Assembly (NCBI GenBank): GCA_947628435.1
Contig: CANQZW010000003.1
Span: 4,016-68,015 of the forward strand
Reading direction: 5' to 3'
Length of the DNA: 64,000 nt
Origin: an uncultured Bacilli bacterium
GTDB lineage: Bacteria > Bacillota_I > Bacilli_A > RF39 > UBA660
This document shows positions 29,396 through 37,930 of the stretch, one piece after another (position 1 is the stretch's first letter; the number at the start of each line of letters is the position of its first letter). The notes beneath the pieces are model-generated. The model made no database searches and was not told where the DNA came from. It saw only the letters and a program-made list of their open reading frames with translations. The translations under genes were made by a program, and so were the position numbers.

Positions 29396-30160
29396 TTATT
29401 TCATAAGAATATGGCTTAATATCATTATAAAAGCACCAATTAAAAAGTATTTTATAACATTTTTTAACGTACTTTCTTTATATGCTCCAGGTATTAGCTC
29501 ATAAACCGATATATGAATCATAATGCCACCAATTATTGCGTATAAAGCAGCCATTATGTGATCATTAATGTATGGTGCTAAAAACAAATATGCTAAGATG
29601 CTACCTACTACCTCACTCATTCCAGATAATAAAGAATATAATATTGCTTTTTTCTTATTATTAGTAGAGTGATATATAGGAACTGCAATTGATATTCCTT
29701 CTGGTATGTTATGAAGTGCTATTGCAATTGTAAGTGTTATTCCTAGTTTAAGGTTGTTTGAACTTGTTATAAAAGTTGCAATACCCTCTGGTATGTTATG
29801 AAGTACGATTGCAACCATACTTATTATTCCAATTTTATATAGTTCATTTTTATCCTTATTTTCATACTGGCTTGGTAAATATTTATCAATTAGCATTGAT
29901 ATTATTATACCAAATACCATAAATATTAAAGTTAAGATTATTTTTGGAAAAGAATTAGTAGTATTTAAAATCATATTATAACAATTAGGTAGTAAATCCG
30001 TTAGTGATACACATATCATAACACCTGCTGCAAAGGATAAAGAAATAGTTACAACCTTATTATTTTTATTTTTATCAAAAAATATTATTAAAGCTCCTAT
30101 AACGGTTGATATGCCAGCTAAAAAAGATAATATAAAAGCATATAAAGTACTATTTGGCAT
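29396..30160 (-). CDS. zupT: ZIP family zinc transporter
   Basis: 8-TM protein with a duplicated HNIPEG(I/A) motif (LHNIPEGIATF, LHNIPEGISIAVP). Confidence 0.88.
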   Translation of the reverse strand: MPNSTLYAFILSFLAGISTVIGALIIFFDKNKNNKVVTISLSFAAGVMICVSLTDLLPNCYNMILNTTNSFPKIILTLIFMVFGIIISMLIDKYLPSQYENKDKNELYKIGIISMVAIVLHNIPEGIATFITSSNNLKLGITLTIAIALHNIPEGISIAVPIYHSTNNKKKAILYSLLSGMSEVVGSILAYLFLAPYINDHIMAALYAIIGGIMIHISVYELIPGAYKESTLKNVIKYFLIGAFIMILSHILMK

Positions 30161-30221
30161 GATTACCTCCTAGATAAATTATATGCTATTAAATTAATGA
30201 TTATTTTTAAATAAAAAACAC

Positions 30222-31565
30222 TTATAATTCTTCATTTATTACGTTCATTATTTCATTTTTATGTAACTGCATAGCCTCTTTTGTTTTTCCTTCAAATCTA
30301 ACTGTTAAACAAGGGGATGTATTTGATTTTCTAACCAAAGCAAAGCCATCACTATATTCTATTCTAACTCCGTCAATATCTATTACTTCATAACCTTTTT
30401 CTTTGGCATAATCAAGTACCTTATTTACTATTTTATCTTTGTTTTCCTCCCCTACTTCTATGTATTTTTCAGGTGATGTAACATATTTTGGAACATCAAC
30501 AAAGTAATCAGATACATTCATATTATTATTTGATAGTATTTTAAGTAGTCTTGCAGCGGCATATAAAGCATCATCATAACCATAAAATTCATCATTAAAG
30601 CAAACATGACCAGAAAACTCTCCTGCAAAATCATAATTATTTTCTTTTACCGCCTTTTTTAAATATGAATGTCCCGTTTTATTATAAGTTGTCTTAAGTC
30701 CTAAATTTTCTAATGATTCTTTTAATGCCTTGGAACATTTAACATCAAATGATGCAGTTTTATTTTTACAAGTTTTATATATTGACTTCCAAATAATAAG
30801 CATAAACATATCAGTTTTAACTAAGTTGCCATTTTCATCAACAATACCTATTCTATCACCATCTCCATCAAATGCAATTCCTAAATCAGCTTTTTCTTCT
30901 TTTACTTTCTTTTGTAAATCAATCATGTTTTCTTCAACAGCAGGATCTGGAATATGATTTGGAAAAGATGCTATTGCTTCGCAATAAAGTGGAATAACAT
31001 CTACTCCTAAGTCTTTTATTATTTCCGGATTATAATAACAAGTAGTGCCATTACCGCAGTCTACAACTACTTTAAGTTTCCTATTACCAAGTTTTATTTT
31101 ATCAATTATCAATTTTTTATAATCATATGTTAAATCATAAGGTTCTACAAAGCCATGACCACTTTTAAAATTCTCATCGATTATTAATTTTAAAAAGTCT
31201 TGTATTTTTTCTCCATACATAGTGCCTTTTTCATCACACATTTTAAAACCATTATATTCTTTAGCACAATGACTTGCAGTAATCATTATTGCATATGGTT
31301 CATTAAATAATTCTCTTGCATAATAAAGCATTGGTGTTGTAACTAATCCAATATCTATTACCTTAGCTCCAACATCTATTAATCCTTTTATAAGATTAGT
31401 ATTTAAAGCGTTTGATGATGTTCTAGCATCATGCCCAACAATAACGGTACCACTTGAAATAGTACCAAATCCTTTACCAACTAAATATGCTAAATCATTC
31501 GTTAGCTCTTTACCATATATTCCCCTTATATCATAACTCCTAAAAATTTCTTTTGTTATTTTCAT
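30222..31565 (-). CDS. phosphoglucomutase/phosphomannomutase family protein
   Basis: FRSYDIRG, active-site ITASHCAKEYNGFK, Mg site AFDGDGDRIG, sugar loop GEFSGH. The internal Met at 31565 is preferred, as the track start would overlap xerD. Confidence 0.88.
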   Translation of the reverse strand: MKITKEIFRSYDIRGIYGKELTNDLAYLVGKGFGTISSGTVIVGHDARTSSNALNTNLIKGLIDVGAKVIDIGLVTTPMLYYARELFNEPYAIMITASHCAKEYNGFKMCDEKGTMYGEKIQDFLKLIIDENFKSGHGFVEPYDLTYDYKKLIIDKIKLGNRKLKVVVDCGNGTTCYYNPEIIKDLGVDVIPLYCEAIASFPNHIPDPAVEENMIDLQKKVKEEKADLGIAFDGDGDRIGIVDENGNLVKTDMFMLIIWKSIYKTCKNKTASFDVKCSKALKESLENLGLKTTYNKTGHSYLKKAVKENNYDFAGEFSGHVCFNDEFYGYDDALYAAARLLKILSNNNMNVSDYFVDVPKYVTSPEKYIEVGEENKDKIVNKVLDYAKEKGYEVIDIDGVRIEYSDGFALVRKSNTSPCLTVRFEGKTKEAMQLHKNEIMNVINEEL

Positions 31566-31566
31566 A

Positions 31567-32454
31567 TTAATTTTCCCTTTTATTACGTGGATGATATTCC
31601 TCATAATCCTTTCTTTTTTTATTATTTGATAAATGCGTATATATTTGCGTTGTTTTTATATTCTCATGGCCTAACATTTCTGATATTGATCTTAAATCTG
31701 CTCCATGCTCTAATAAATGTGTTGCAAAAGAGTGTCTTAAAGTATGAGGAGAAAAGTCTTTTTTTATTCCGTTTTCTTTTGCTATACTTTTTAATATTTT
31801 AAAAAAGCCTTGTCTTGTTATTCCTTTTCCGTAGCTACTTATGAAAACTTTATCAGTTAAATAACCCTTTAATAAACTACTTCTATATACGTTTATATAT
31901 TCATCTAATATACTTGTAGTTACGCTTGCCATAGGAACGATTCTTTCTTTTTTTCCTTTCCCAAATACTCTAACATAATTATCTTTTAAATTAACGTCAT
32001 TAATTTCTAAGTTAACTAATTCTGAAACTCTAAGACCACAAGCATACATAAGCTCAATCATGGCTTTATTTCGGTATTGTTTTGCATCATTAGGTTTAAA
32101 ATCTAATAATTTATTTATTTCTTCTTCATTTAATGTATTTGGTAATTTTTTACTTATTTTAGGTGATGATATGCGTTCACATGGATTAGATTTTATCTTT
32201 TTTTTAATCATTAAATAATCAAAAAACGTCCTGATACTAACTATTTTTCTCGCGATGGTTTTATCTTTGTTATCTTTATCTGATAAGTGATTAATATATG
32301 ATATAATGTCATTATGCGTTATGCTATTACAAGGTTTATAATTTATGTACTCAGCAAAAGAAATTAAATCACTTAAATATGAACTTTTTGTATTATCACT
32401 TAATTTTTTTTCTATGTATACATAATTTATATATTCATTTATATCATCTTTCAT
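31567..32454 (-). CDS. xerD: site-specific tyrosine recombinase XerD/XerC
   Basis: SAM-like N-domain, ACGLRVSEL, HTLRHSFATHLLEHGADLRSISEMLGHENIKTTQIYTH. The internal Met at 32454 is preferred. Confidence 0.85.
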   Translation of the reverse strand: MKDDINEYINYVYIEKKLSDNTKSSYLSDLISFAEYINYKPCNSITHNDIISYINHLSDKDNKDKTIARKIVSIRTFFDYLMIKKKIKSNPCERISSPKISKKLPNTLNEEEINKLLDFKPNDAKQYRNKAMIELMYACGLRVSELVNLEINDVNLKDNYVRVFGKGKKERIVPMASVTTSILDEYINVYRSSLLKGYLTDKVFISSYGKGITRQGFFKILKSIAKENGIKKDFSPHTLRHSFATHLLEHGADLRSISEMLGHENIKTTQIYTHLSNNKKRKDYEEYHPRNKREN

Positions 32455-32552
32455 ATTATCACCTATTATAAGTATACAAAAAATATATTGTTTTTTCAAA
32501 TTTAATTATATTTATTTTACACATAATGTTATAATTAAATTGAGGTGTTTTT

Positions 32553-33773
32553 ATGAATAATGAACCATTAGCTAATAAATTAAGGCCAAATAAGTTATCT
32601 TTAGTTCTTGGACAAGAACATTTAATTGGTAAAGATAAAGTATTAACTAATTTGGTAAAAAATAAAAAAATATTTTCTATTATTTTATATGGTCCACCAG
32701 GAAGTGGTAAAACATCTTTAGCAAATGCTATTACTAATGAATTAAATGTTAAAACAAGATTTTTAAATGCTGTTGTTAATAATAAAAAAGATTTTGAAAT
32801 AGTTTTTGAAGAAACAAAAATATATGGTAATATCGTTTTAGTAGTAGATGAAATACATAGATTAAACAAAGATAAACAAGATTTACTATTGCCTATGCTA
32901 GAAAATGGTTTAATAATTTTAATTGGTCTTACCACATCAAATCCTTATCATAAAATAAATCCTGCTATAAGAAGTAGGTGTCAAATATTTGAATTACTGC
33001 CTCTATCAAAAAAAGACGTATTAAAAGGTCTTAAAATGGCTTGTAAACATTTAGATGATATAGATATTAAGCCTGATGCATTAAACTTAATAGCAACCTT
33101 ATGTAATGGTGATTATAGGTTTGCTCTTAACTTACTTGAGGTATCGTATTATAGTACCAGTGATAAAAAAATTACCGTTGATGTAATAAAATCTATAAAT
33201 GCAAAGGCATCAAATCCTATGGATGAGGATGAAACAGGTCATTACGATGTTTTATCAGCATTTCAAAAATCAATTAGAGGATCTGATGTTAATGCAGCTC
33301 TTCACTATTTAGCAAGATTGATTTCTTCAGGTGATTTAGATAGTATTTATAGAAGAATGAGTGTTATTGCGTATGAAGATATTGGACTTGCAAATCCTAA
33401 TATGGGAATAAGAGTTGATGCATGTATTAATAATTGTGAAAGACTTGGGCTTCCAGAGGCTAGAATACCGCTAGCAGATATGGTAATAGACCTTTGTCTT
33501 TCACCTAAGTCAAATAGTGGCTGTATGGCCATAGATTTAGCTTTAAAAGACGTGGAAGATGGTAATGTTGGAAATGTACCAAAACACATTAATGCTCAAG
33601 CATTTGGTTACAAATATCCGCATGATTATCCAGGCAGTTACGTTTTGCAACAATACTTACCTGATATATTAAAAAATAGAATTTATTATAAACCCAAAAA
33701 TAATAAATATGAAAAAGTATTAAAACTTACGCTAGATAATATAGAAAAAATAAAAAGTATGAATAATAAGTAA
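32553..33773 (+). CDS. rarA: replication-associated recombination protein A
   Basis: LRP..L....GQEHL, Walker A GPPGSGKTS, VLVVDEIHRLNK, MgsA C-terminal domain (HYDVLSAFQKSIRGSD, AYEDIGLANP). Confidence 0.92.
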   Translation: MNNEPLANKLRPNKLSLVLGQEHLIGKDKVLTNLVKNKKIFSIILYGPPGSGKTSLANAITNELNVKTRFLNAVVNNKKDFEIVFEETKIYGNIVLVVDEIHRLNKDKQDLLLPMLENGLIILIGLTTSNPYHKINPAIRSRCQIFELLPLSKKDVLKGLKMACKHLDDIDIKPDALNLIATLCNGDYRFALNLLEVSYYSTSDKKITVDVIKSINAKASNPMDEDETGHYDVLSAFQKSIRGSDVNAALHYLARLISSGDLDSIYRRMSVIAYEDIGLANPNMGIRVDACINNCERLGLPEARIPLADMVIDLCLSPKSNSGCMAIDLALKDVEDGNVGNVPKHINAQAFGYKYPHDYPGSYVLQQYLPDILKNRIYYKPKNNKYEKVLKLTLDNIEKIKSMNNK

Positions 33774-33784
33774 ATTCACACTTT

Positions 33785-34900
33785 TTATTTTTCATTTATA
33801 TTTAAAATCTTAGTTTTTTCATTATCATCAATTTGATCAATAACGTTATCATCTTGTATAATTTTTGTTATTTTCTTTGTTTTTTCTTTAGCATCATCAT
33901 TATCATCACTATTTATTTTCTTTTTATTATTTTTCTTTTTTAATTTTTTATTTATTACTATAAATATTATAATAAATAATATTACTATTAAAAAACTAAG
34001 TAGTACGTACGTAATATAATTTTGTTTTTTTTCTTTATTAATAATTATTCGATAAGTATTAGTATTATTTATATTATCACTTACGATTATATTAATTACA
34101 CTACCATCTTTTAACTTTTTATTTCCTTTTATTTTATATGATGCTTTATCATCTTCGAGGATAACTTTTATATTTAGTTTTTTTACATTTTCTTTTACTT
34201 TAAGATAATAAGTTTTAGAGTGACCATCAAACTTTAAATTATAATTACTTATTTTTATATCACTAATTTTTGTACTTACTTCTTGTTTTTTTTCTTCTCT
34301 TGTTATAATAAGCTTATAATATTTTGTTGTTCCATCTTCGCTAGTAACACCAATTGTATATTCATTATCTGCTACACTTAGCGTACTTGGACCATTTATT
34401 TTGTAAACGGAAGAACTATCTTCAGTTTCAACTCCAATATTAACGTATTTAGTATCATAAGAAACAGTAACATAATATTTTGTTTTGTTTCGTGAGAAAT
34501 TATCTATTTGTTTATTATTTATTTTAATAGAAGATAAGTAATTATTAGATGATTTTGCCTTTGTTGTTGTAGTTGGTGCTTTAACAATAATAGATATATT
34601 TTGCGTAGGATTTATGTTACTTTTAGCAGTTATATAATACGTTGTTAAAACTGCTTTTTCAGTAGAAAATTTAATATTATAATCCTTAGTTATAGGATTT
34701 ATAATACTTGATTGATAAGTATCTAAATTAGAAGATATATATATTTCTTCATTGTTATTAGTATCAACCTCAAAGATATTACAAGTAATAATATCACCTT
34801 TATTTGCTACTTTATTATCACACTCTAATTTGAACGCTTTAACATTGTTTTGAAATATAAAAAAAATAATTATTGGAAATAATAAAAACCTTTTTTTCAT
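33785..34900 (-). CDS. cadherin-like beta-sandwich repeat surface protein with C-terminal TM anchor
   Basis: Signal peptide MKKRFLLFPIIIFFIF. Two repeats of the L(S/I)SIKI...Y.V.V....V.I....D..A.Y.I.G......G.N.I.I.V.SEDG.T..Y.I.I.R type. TM segment followed by a K-rich tail. Confidence 0.7.
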   Translation of the reverse strand: MKKRFLLFPIIIFFIFQNNVKAFKLECDNKVANKGDIITCNIFEVDTNNNEEIYISSNLDTYQSSIINPITKDYNIKFSTEKAVLTTYYITAKSNINPTQNISIIVKAPTTTTKAKSSNNYLSSIKINNKQIDNFSRNKTKYYVTVSYDTKYVNIGVETEDSSSVYKINGPSTLSVADNEYTIGVTSEDGTTKYYKLIITREEKKQEVSTKISDIKISNYNLKFDGHSKTYYLKVKENVKKLNIKVILEDDKASYKIKGNKKLKDGSVINIIVSDNINNTNTYRIIINKEKKQNYITYVLLSFLIVILFIIIFIVINKKLKKKNNKKKINSDDNDDAKEKTKKITKIIQDDNVIDQIDDNEKTKILNINEK

Positions 34901-34958
34901 AAAAACTTCTCCTATTTTATACAAGCTAATTGTAACACTTTAAAAGTATTAATACAAG

Positions 34959-35633
34959 TTATTTTATAATATCATTTATAACATAACTAGCTAATAATAT
35001 ACCTGCAAAATTAGGCACAAAACAAACAGATCCTACACTACCATTAGTTTTTATAAATGGTTTTTCTTTTGAGCATACAACTGGTAATTTATAATTAATT
35101 TTTTCTTTTCTAAGTTCATGTCTTAGCCTTTTAGCTAAAGGATCATAATTAGTTTTCCATATATTACTGATACTTAACATTTCTGGATGCAATCTATTAC
35201 CCGTTCCGCAGCAACTAATTATTTTAATATTATTTAAAATAGCAAACTTTACTAAATTTACTTTAGCTTTAATATCATCACAAGCATCAATTATATAATC
35301 TGTTTTAGGTAACATTATATCAATATTATCATTTAATTTCACGTTAATACATGTTACTTTAGCATTTTTATTTATTAATTTTATTCTTTTTTTTGCTTCT
35401 TCTACTTTTAATTTACCAATATTATTAGACAAACATAAAATTTGTCTATTTAAATTGCTTTCTTCAAAAACATCAAAATCAACTACAACAAAAGAATTTA
35501 TTCCACTTCTTGCTAACATTTCGGTTGCAGATGAACCAACACCCCCTAAACCTACTATTACAACAGAAGTTTTAGTAATTAAATTAAAATTTTTATCACC
35601 AATCATTTTTTTTGTTCTATCAAATTCGTTCAT
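34959..35633 (-). CDS. tcdA: tRNA threonylcarbamoyladenosine dehydratase (ThiF/E1-like)
   Basis: VVIVGLGGVGSSATEMLARSGI...VVDFDVFEESNLNRQ. ATG 35633 follows AAGGTGA. Lies next to rarA as yrvM does in B. subtilis. Confidence 0.85.
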   Translation of the reverse strand: MNEFDRTKKMIGDKNFNLITKTSVVIVGLGGVGSSATEMLARSGINSFVVVDFDVFEESNLNRQILCLSNNIGKLKVEEAKKRIKLINKNAKVTCINVKLNDNIDIMLPKTDYIIDACDDIKAKVNLVKFAILNNIKIISCCGTGNRLHPEMLSISNIWKTNYDPLAKRLRHELRKEKINYKLPVVCSKEKPFIKTNGSVGSVCFVPNFAGILLASYVINDIIK

Positions 35634-35683
35634 AAAAATCACCTTAATTAGATTATATAATTAATATTATTTTAATGCAATAT

Positions 35684-35856
35684 AAAAGACCCAAAGGGTC
35701 GTTTATCTAGCAATATAACCTGCACTTAAGCAGGTGGGCATCCCACAATAGCTTTAGACTTCTTAATAAATTAAGCATGAACACCACTATTGATTCTGAT
35801 TCCCTTATAATTTGTTAGCGGGTTAAACGTGCTAGTTCGCGATACCTTTAGGTCAT
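35684..35856 (-). ncRNA. ssrS: 6S RNA-like structured sRNA
   Basis: Own promoter on the minus strand: TTGTAT (35885-35890), 18 nt, TGgTATAAT (35861-35869), ending 6-7 nt before the RNA. The 5' GACCUAAAGG (35845-35854) pairs with the 3' CCUUUGGGUC (35688-35697). Further pairs are UAUC/GAUA, CUAGCA/UGCUAG and UAACC/GGUUA. Internal hairpins GUGGG-AUG-CCCAC and CUGC-UUAAGU-GCAG, apical CAAUAG/CUAUUG and CUUAAU-UU-AUUAAG. A U-run follows. The location between tcdA and aspS matches B. subtilis bsrA (6S-1) as I recall it. Confidence 0.6.
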
Positions 35857-35911
35857 AAATATTATACCACTAAATAATTAATATATACAAGAAAATTAAT
35901 AACTATTTACA

Positions 35912-36556
35912 CTATTTAAATGTTAATATAAATTCTTCAATAGTTTTACAAATATTATTAAATTTTTCTTCATTATTGAATACATCGAGTTTTTTTGCGT
36001 TTAATACAAGTCTAATTGATGGTATCCCGCAAACTAAAGATGTAACTGCAATAATCTCATTTTCATAACATTTATTAACAATATTTTTTTCATCTATTTT
36101 AACGTCATATTTACTAGCAATTTTATTAAGTCTATCTGGTAAATCCTTAAAATCACATAAAGTAGTTCTTTTATTTGTTACAACATCAATATCAGAATCA
36201 TCACTAAAGTTGCTAGAATGAATATCAATTAATAATTTTATATCATATGCGTTTATTAAATTAATGACACCATTTTTATAATTATGTTCTTCATCAGAAT
36301 TAGGATCAGCATGCGTAAATAATTGGTATATTGCATAAGAATTAGTAGCTCTACTTAAATATCTGGTTATGGCACCAGTATATTTTTCAGCATCCCTTAC
36401 ATCATCATCTCTTATTTGATTAACGCAGTGTGGTGCAGATAATAAAACAGGAATATTACCACTTAGTACCCTATATTTTTCCTCAGTCCATACGTTAGTA
36501 CCAAAATATTCATTATTACTAAAATCAGCTTCTAAATCTAGTATTATATCCTTCAT
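35912..36556 (-). CDS. hypothetical protein, possibly N-formylglutamate amidohydrolase-fold
   Basis: 214 aa. LLSAPHCVNQ, HADPNSDEE and LIDIHSS are spaced like FGase-family metal-binding motifs. This assignment is weak. Confidence 0.45.
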   Translation of the reverse strand: MKDIILDLEADFSNNEYFGTNVWTEEKYRVLSGNIPVLLSAPHCVNQIRDDDVRDAEKYTGAITRYLSRATNSYAIYQLFTHADPNSDEEHNYKNGVINLINAYDIKLLIDIHSSNFSDDSDIDVVTNKRTTLCDFKDLPDRLNKIASKYDVKIDEKNIVNKCYENEIIAVTSLVCGIPSIRLVLNAKKLDVFNNEEKFNNICKTIEEFILTFK

Positions 36557-36627
36557 ACCACCACTCCTATTCTTATATGATTATTATATATTATTTATTA
36601 TTAAATTACAAGTTAGCTTAATAATTT

Positions 36628-37929
36628 TTAAGGTGTTATTCTATTTGGACCTCTAAATATAAACATTGTTTCTTTTAATGATGGTAAACCTAATAATAAC
36701 ATGGTTAATCTATCAATTCCAAGACCAAAGCCTCCATGAGGTGGACATCCATACTTAAAAAAGTTTTTGTAAAATTTAATGTCATCACCTAATTTTTTTT
36801 CTTCAGCTTGCTTTTCTAAAACATCATATCTATGTTCTCTTTGAGCTCCTGTTGTTATTTCAGTTCCCTTCCATATTAAATCATAACCTTGAGGAACATC
36901 ATCTTTTCTCATGTGATAAAAAGGTCTTTTAGCCTTACTAAAATCAGTTACAAATATAAACTCATGGTTATATTTTTCTAAGGCATAACGACTGGTTAAT
37001 TTTTCTGTTTCAGAGTTCATATCTCCAACGTCATGACTTGGTATTTTATAACCATATCTTTGATGTAATTCATTATATAAATCTTGTAGTTTGATTCTTG
37101 GAAAAGGTCTTTTTGGAATAACTACATCAACACCATATAATTCTTTTATTAAATCACCATATTTTTCTTTTACAGCTTTAAGTCCAGATACTATTAATTC
37201 TTCTTCAAAGTCCATAACATCTTCATATGAATTTATATTAGCAAATTCCAAATCAAATGATGTGAATTCAGTTGCATGTCTGTTAGTATTTGAATTTTCT
37301 GCTCGAAATGCTGGAGCAACCTCAAATACTTTTTCATAACCTGCGGCAATCGCCATTTGTTTATAAAATTGAGGTGATTGTGCTAAATATGCCTTCTGAC
37401 CAAAATAATCAACTTTAAATACCTCACTACCAGATTCTGATGCAGCACCTATTAATTTTGGAGTATGAATCTCAGTAAAACCATTATCATATAAATATTG
37501 TCTCATTGCTCTTACAAACTCACTTTGTATTTTGAAAATATAATAATTATAATCATTTCTTAAATCTAAAAAACGATTATCCATACGAGTATCAATTAAT
37601 GCGGCATCTTTATTAGTAATATTAATAGGAAGAGAATCTTGTGATAAGTTTGTTACTTCTATTTTTGATGGTATTAACTCCATACCTCCCATTTTAACAT
37701 GCTCATTTTCTTTTAATATTCCAGTTACTTTAATAGTAGATTCTTGTGTTAGATTATTTACTATATTAATTAATTTACTATTTTTCTCATCAGACTTTTC
37801 TATGGTTATTTGTAATCTTTTACCCTCACTTCTTATCACTATAAACTGAACCCATTGTAAGTTTCTTATTTTTTCTGCAAAACCACTTACTGTGATTTGT
37901 TTATTTACATATTTTTTTAAATCTTCCAT
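36628..37929 (-). CDS. aspS: aspartate--tRNA ligase, type 2 (archaeal/eukaryal-like, about 433 aa)
   Basis: Class IIb OB-fold N-terminus, LAQSPQFYKQ (AspRS signature), motif 2 FRAENSNTNRHATEFTSFDLEF, motif 3 GGFGLGIDRL, C-terminal FRGPNRITP. ATG 37929 follows GGAGAT, 1 nt after the hisS stop. Confidence 0.85.
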   Translation of the reverse strand: MEDLKKYVNKQITVSGFAEKIRNLQWVQFIVIRSEGKRLQITIEKSDEKNSKLINIVNNLTQESTIKVTGILKENEHVKMGGMELIPSKIEVTNLSQDSLPINITNKDAALIDTRMDNRFLDLRNDYNYYIFKIQSEFVRAMRQYLYDNGFTEIHTPKLIGAASESGSEVFKVDYFGQKAYLAQSPQFYKQMAIAAGYEKVFEVAPAFRAENSNTNRHATEFTSFDLEFANINSYEDVMDFEEELIVSGLKAVKEKYGDLIKELYGVDVVIPKRPFPRIKLQDLYNELHQRYGYKIPSHDVGDMNSETEKLTSRYALEKYNHEFIFVTDFSKAKRPFYHMRKDDVPQGYDLIWKGTEITTGAQREHRYDVLEKQAEEKKLGDDIKFYKNFFKYGCPPHGGFGLGIDRLTMLLLGLPSLKETMFIFRGPNRITP

Positions 37930-37930
37930 T

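Noticed and set aside
31276-31296. Phosphohexomutase active-site loop TASHCA instead of the usual TASHNP
   Set aside because: As I recall, the family signature tolerates Cys after the His. The catalytic Ser, the Mg site (DGDGDR) and the sugar loop (GEFSGH) are intact, so this is probably a benign variant rather than an inactive enzyme.
31567-32454. Tyrosine recombinase as a marker of an integrated mobile element
   Set aside because: It has XerC/XerD-type motifs and size and sits among core genes (pgm, rarA). There are no flanking direct repeats, phage, conjugation or transposase genes nearby, so it looks like the chromosome-dimer resolvase.
32459-32935. 158-aa ORF antisense to rarA, and similar antisense ORFs (for example 3732..3971, 5722..5979, 7714..8137, 15149..15490, 28858..29142, 37091..37339, 40268..40504, 54369..54668, 54929..55240)
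   Set aside because: Each lies entirely within, and antisense to, a gene with strong conserved motifs. The translations are low-complexity and hydrophobic (the mirror of K/N/E-rich sense codons), and I see no RBS. These are shadow ORFs.
35688-35700. gacccaaagggtc palindrome read simply as the terminator of ORF 35912..36556, or as a riboswitch terminator for tcdA
   Set aside because: It lies about 210 nt past that ORF and is preceded by its own extended -10 promoter. Its 3' arm also pairs with the 5' end of the transcript. This fits a stand-alone structured RNA better. I recognised no T-box or other riboswitch core motif.
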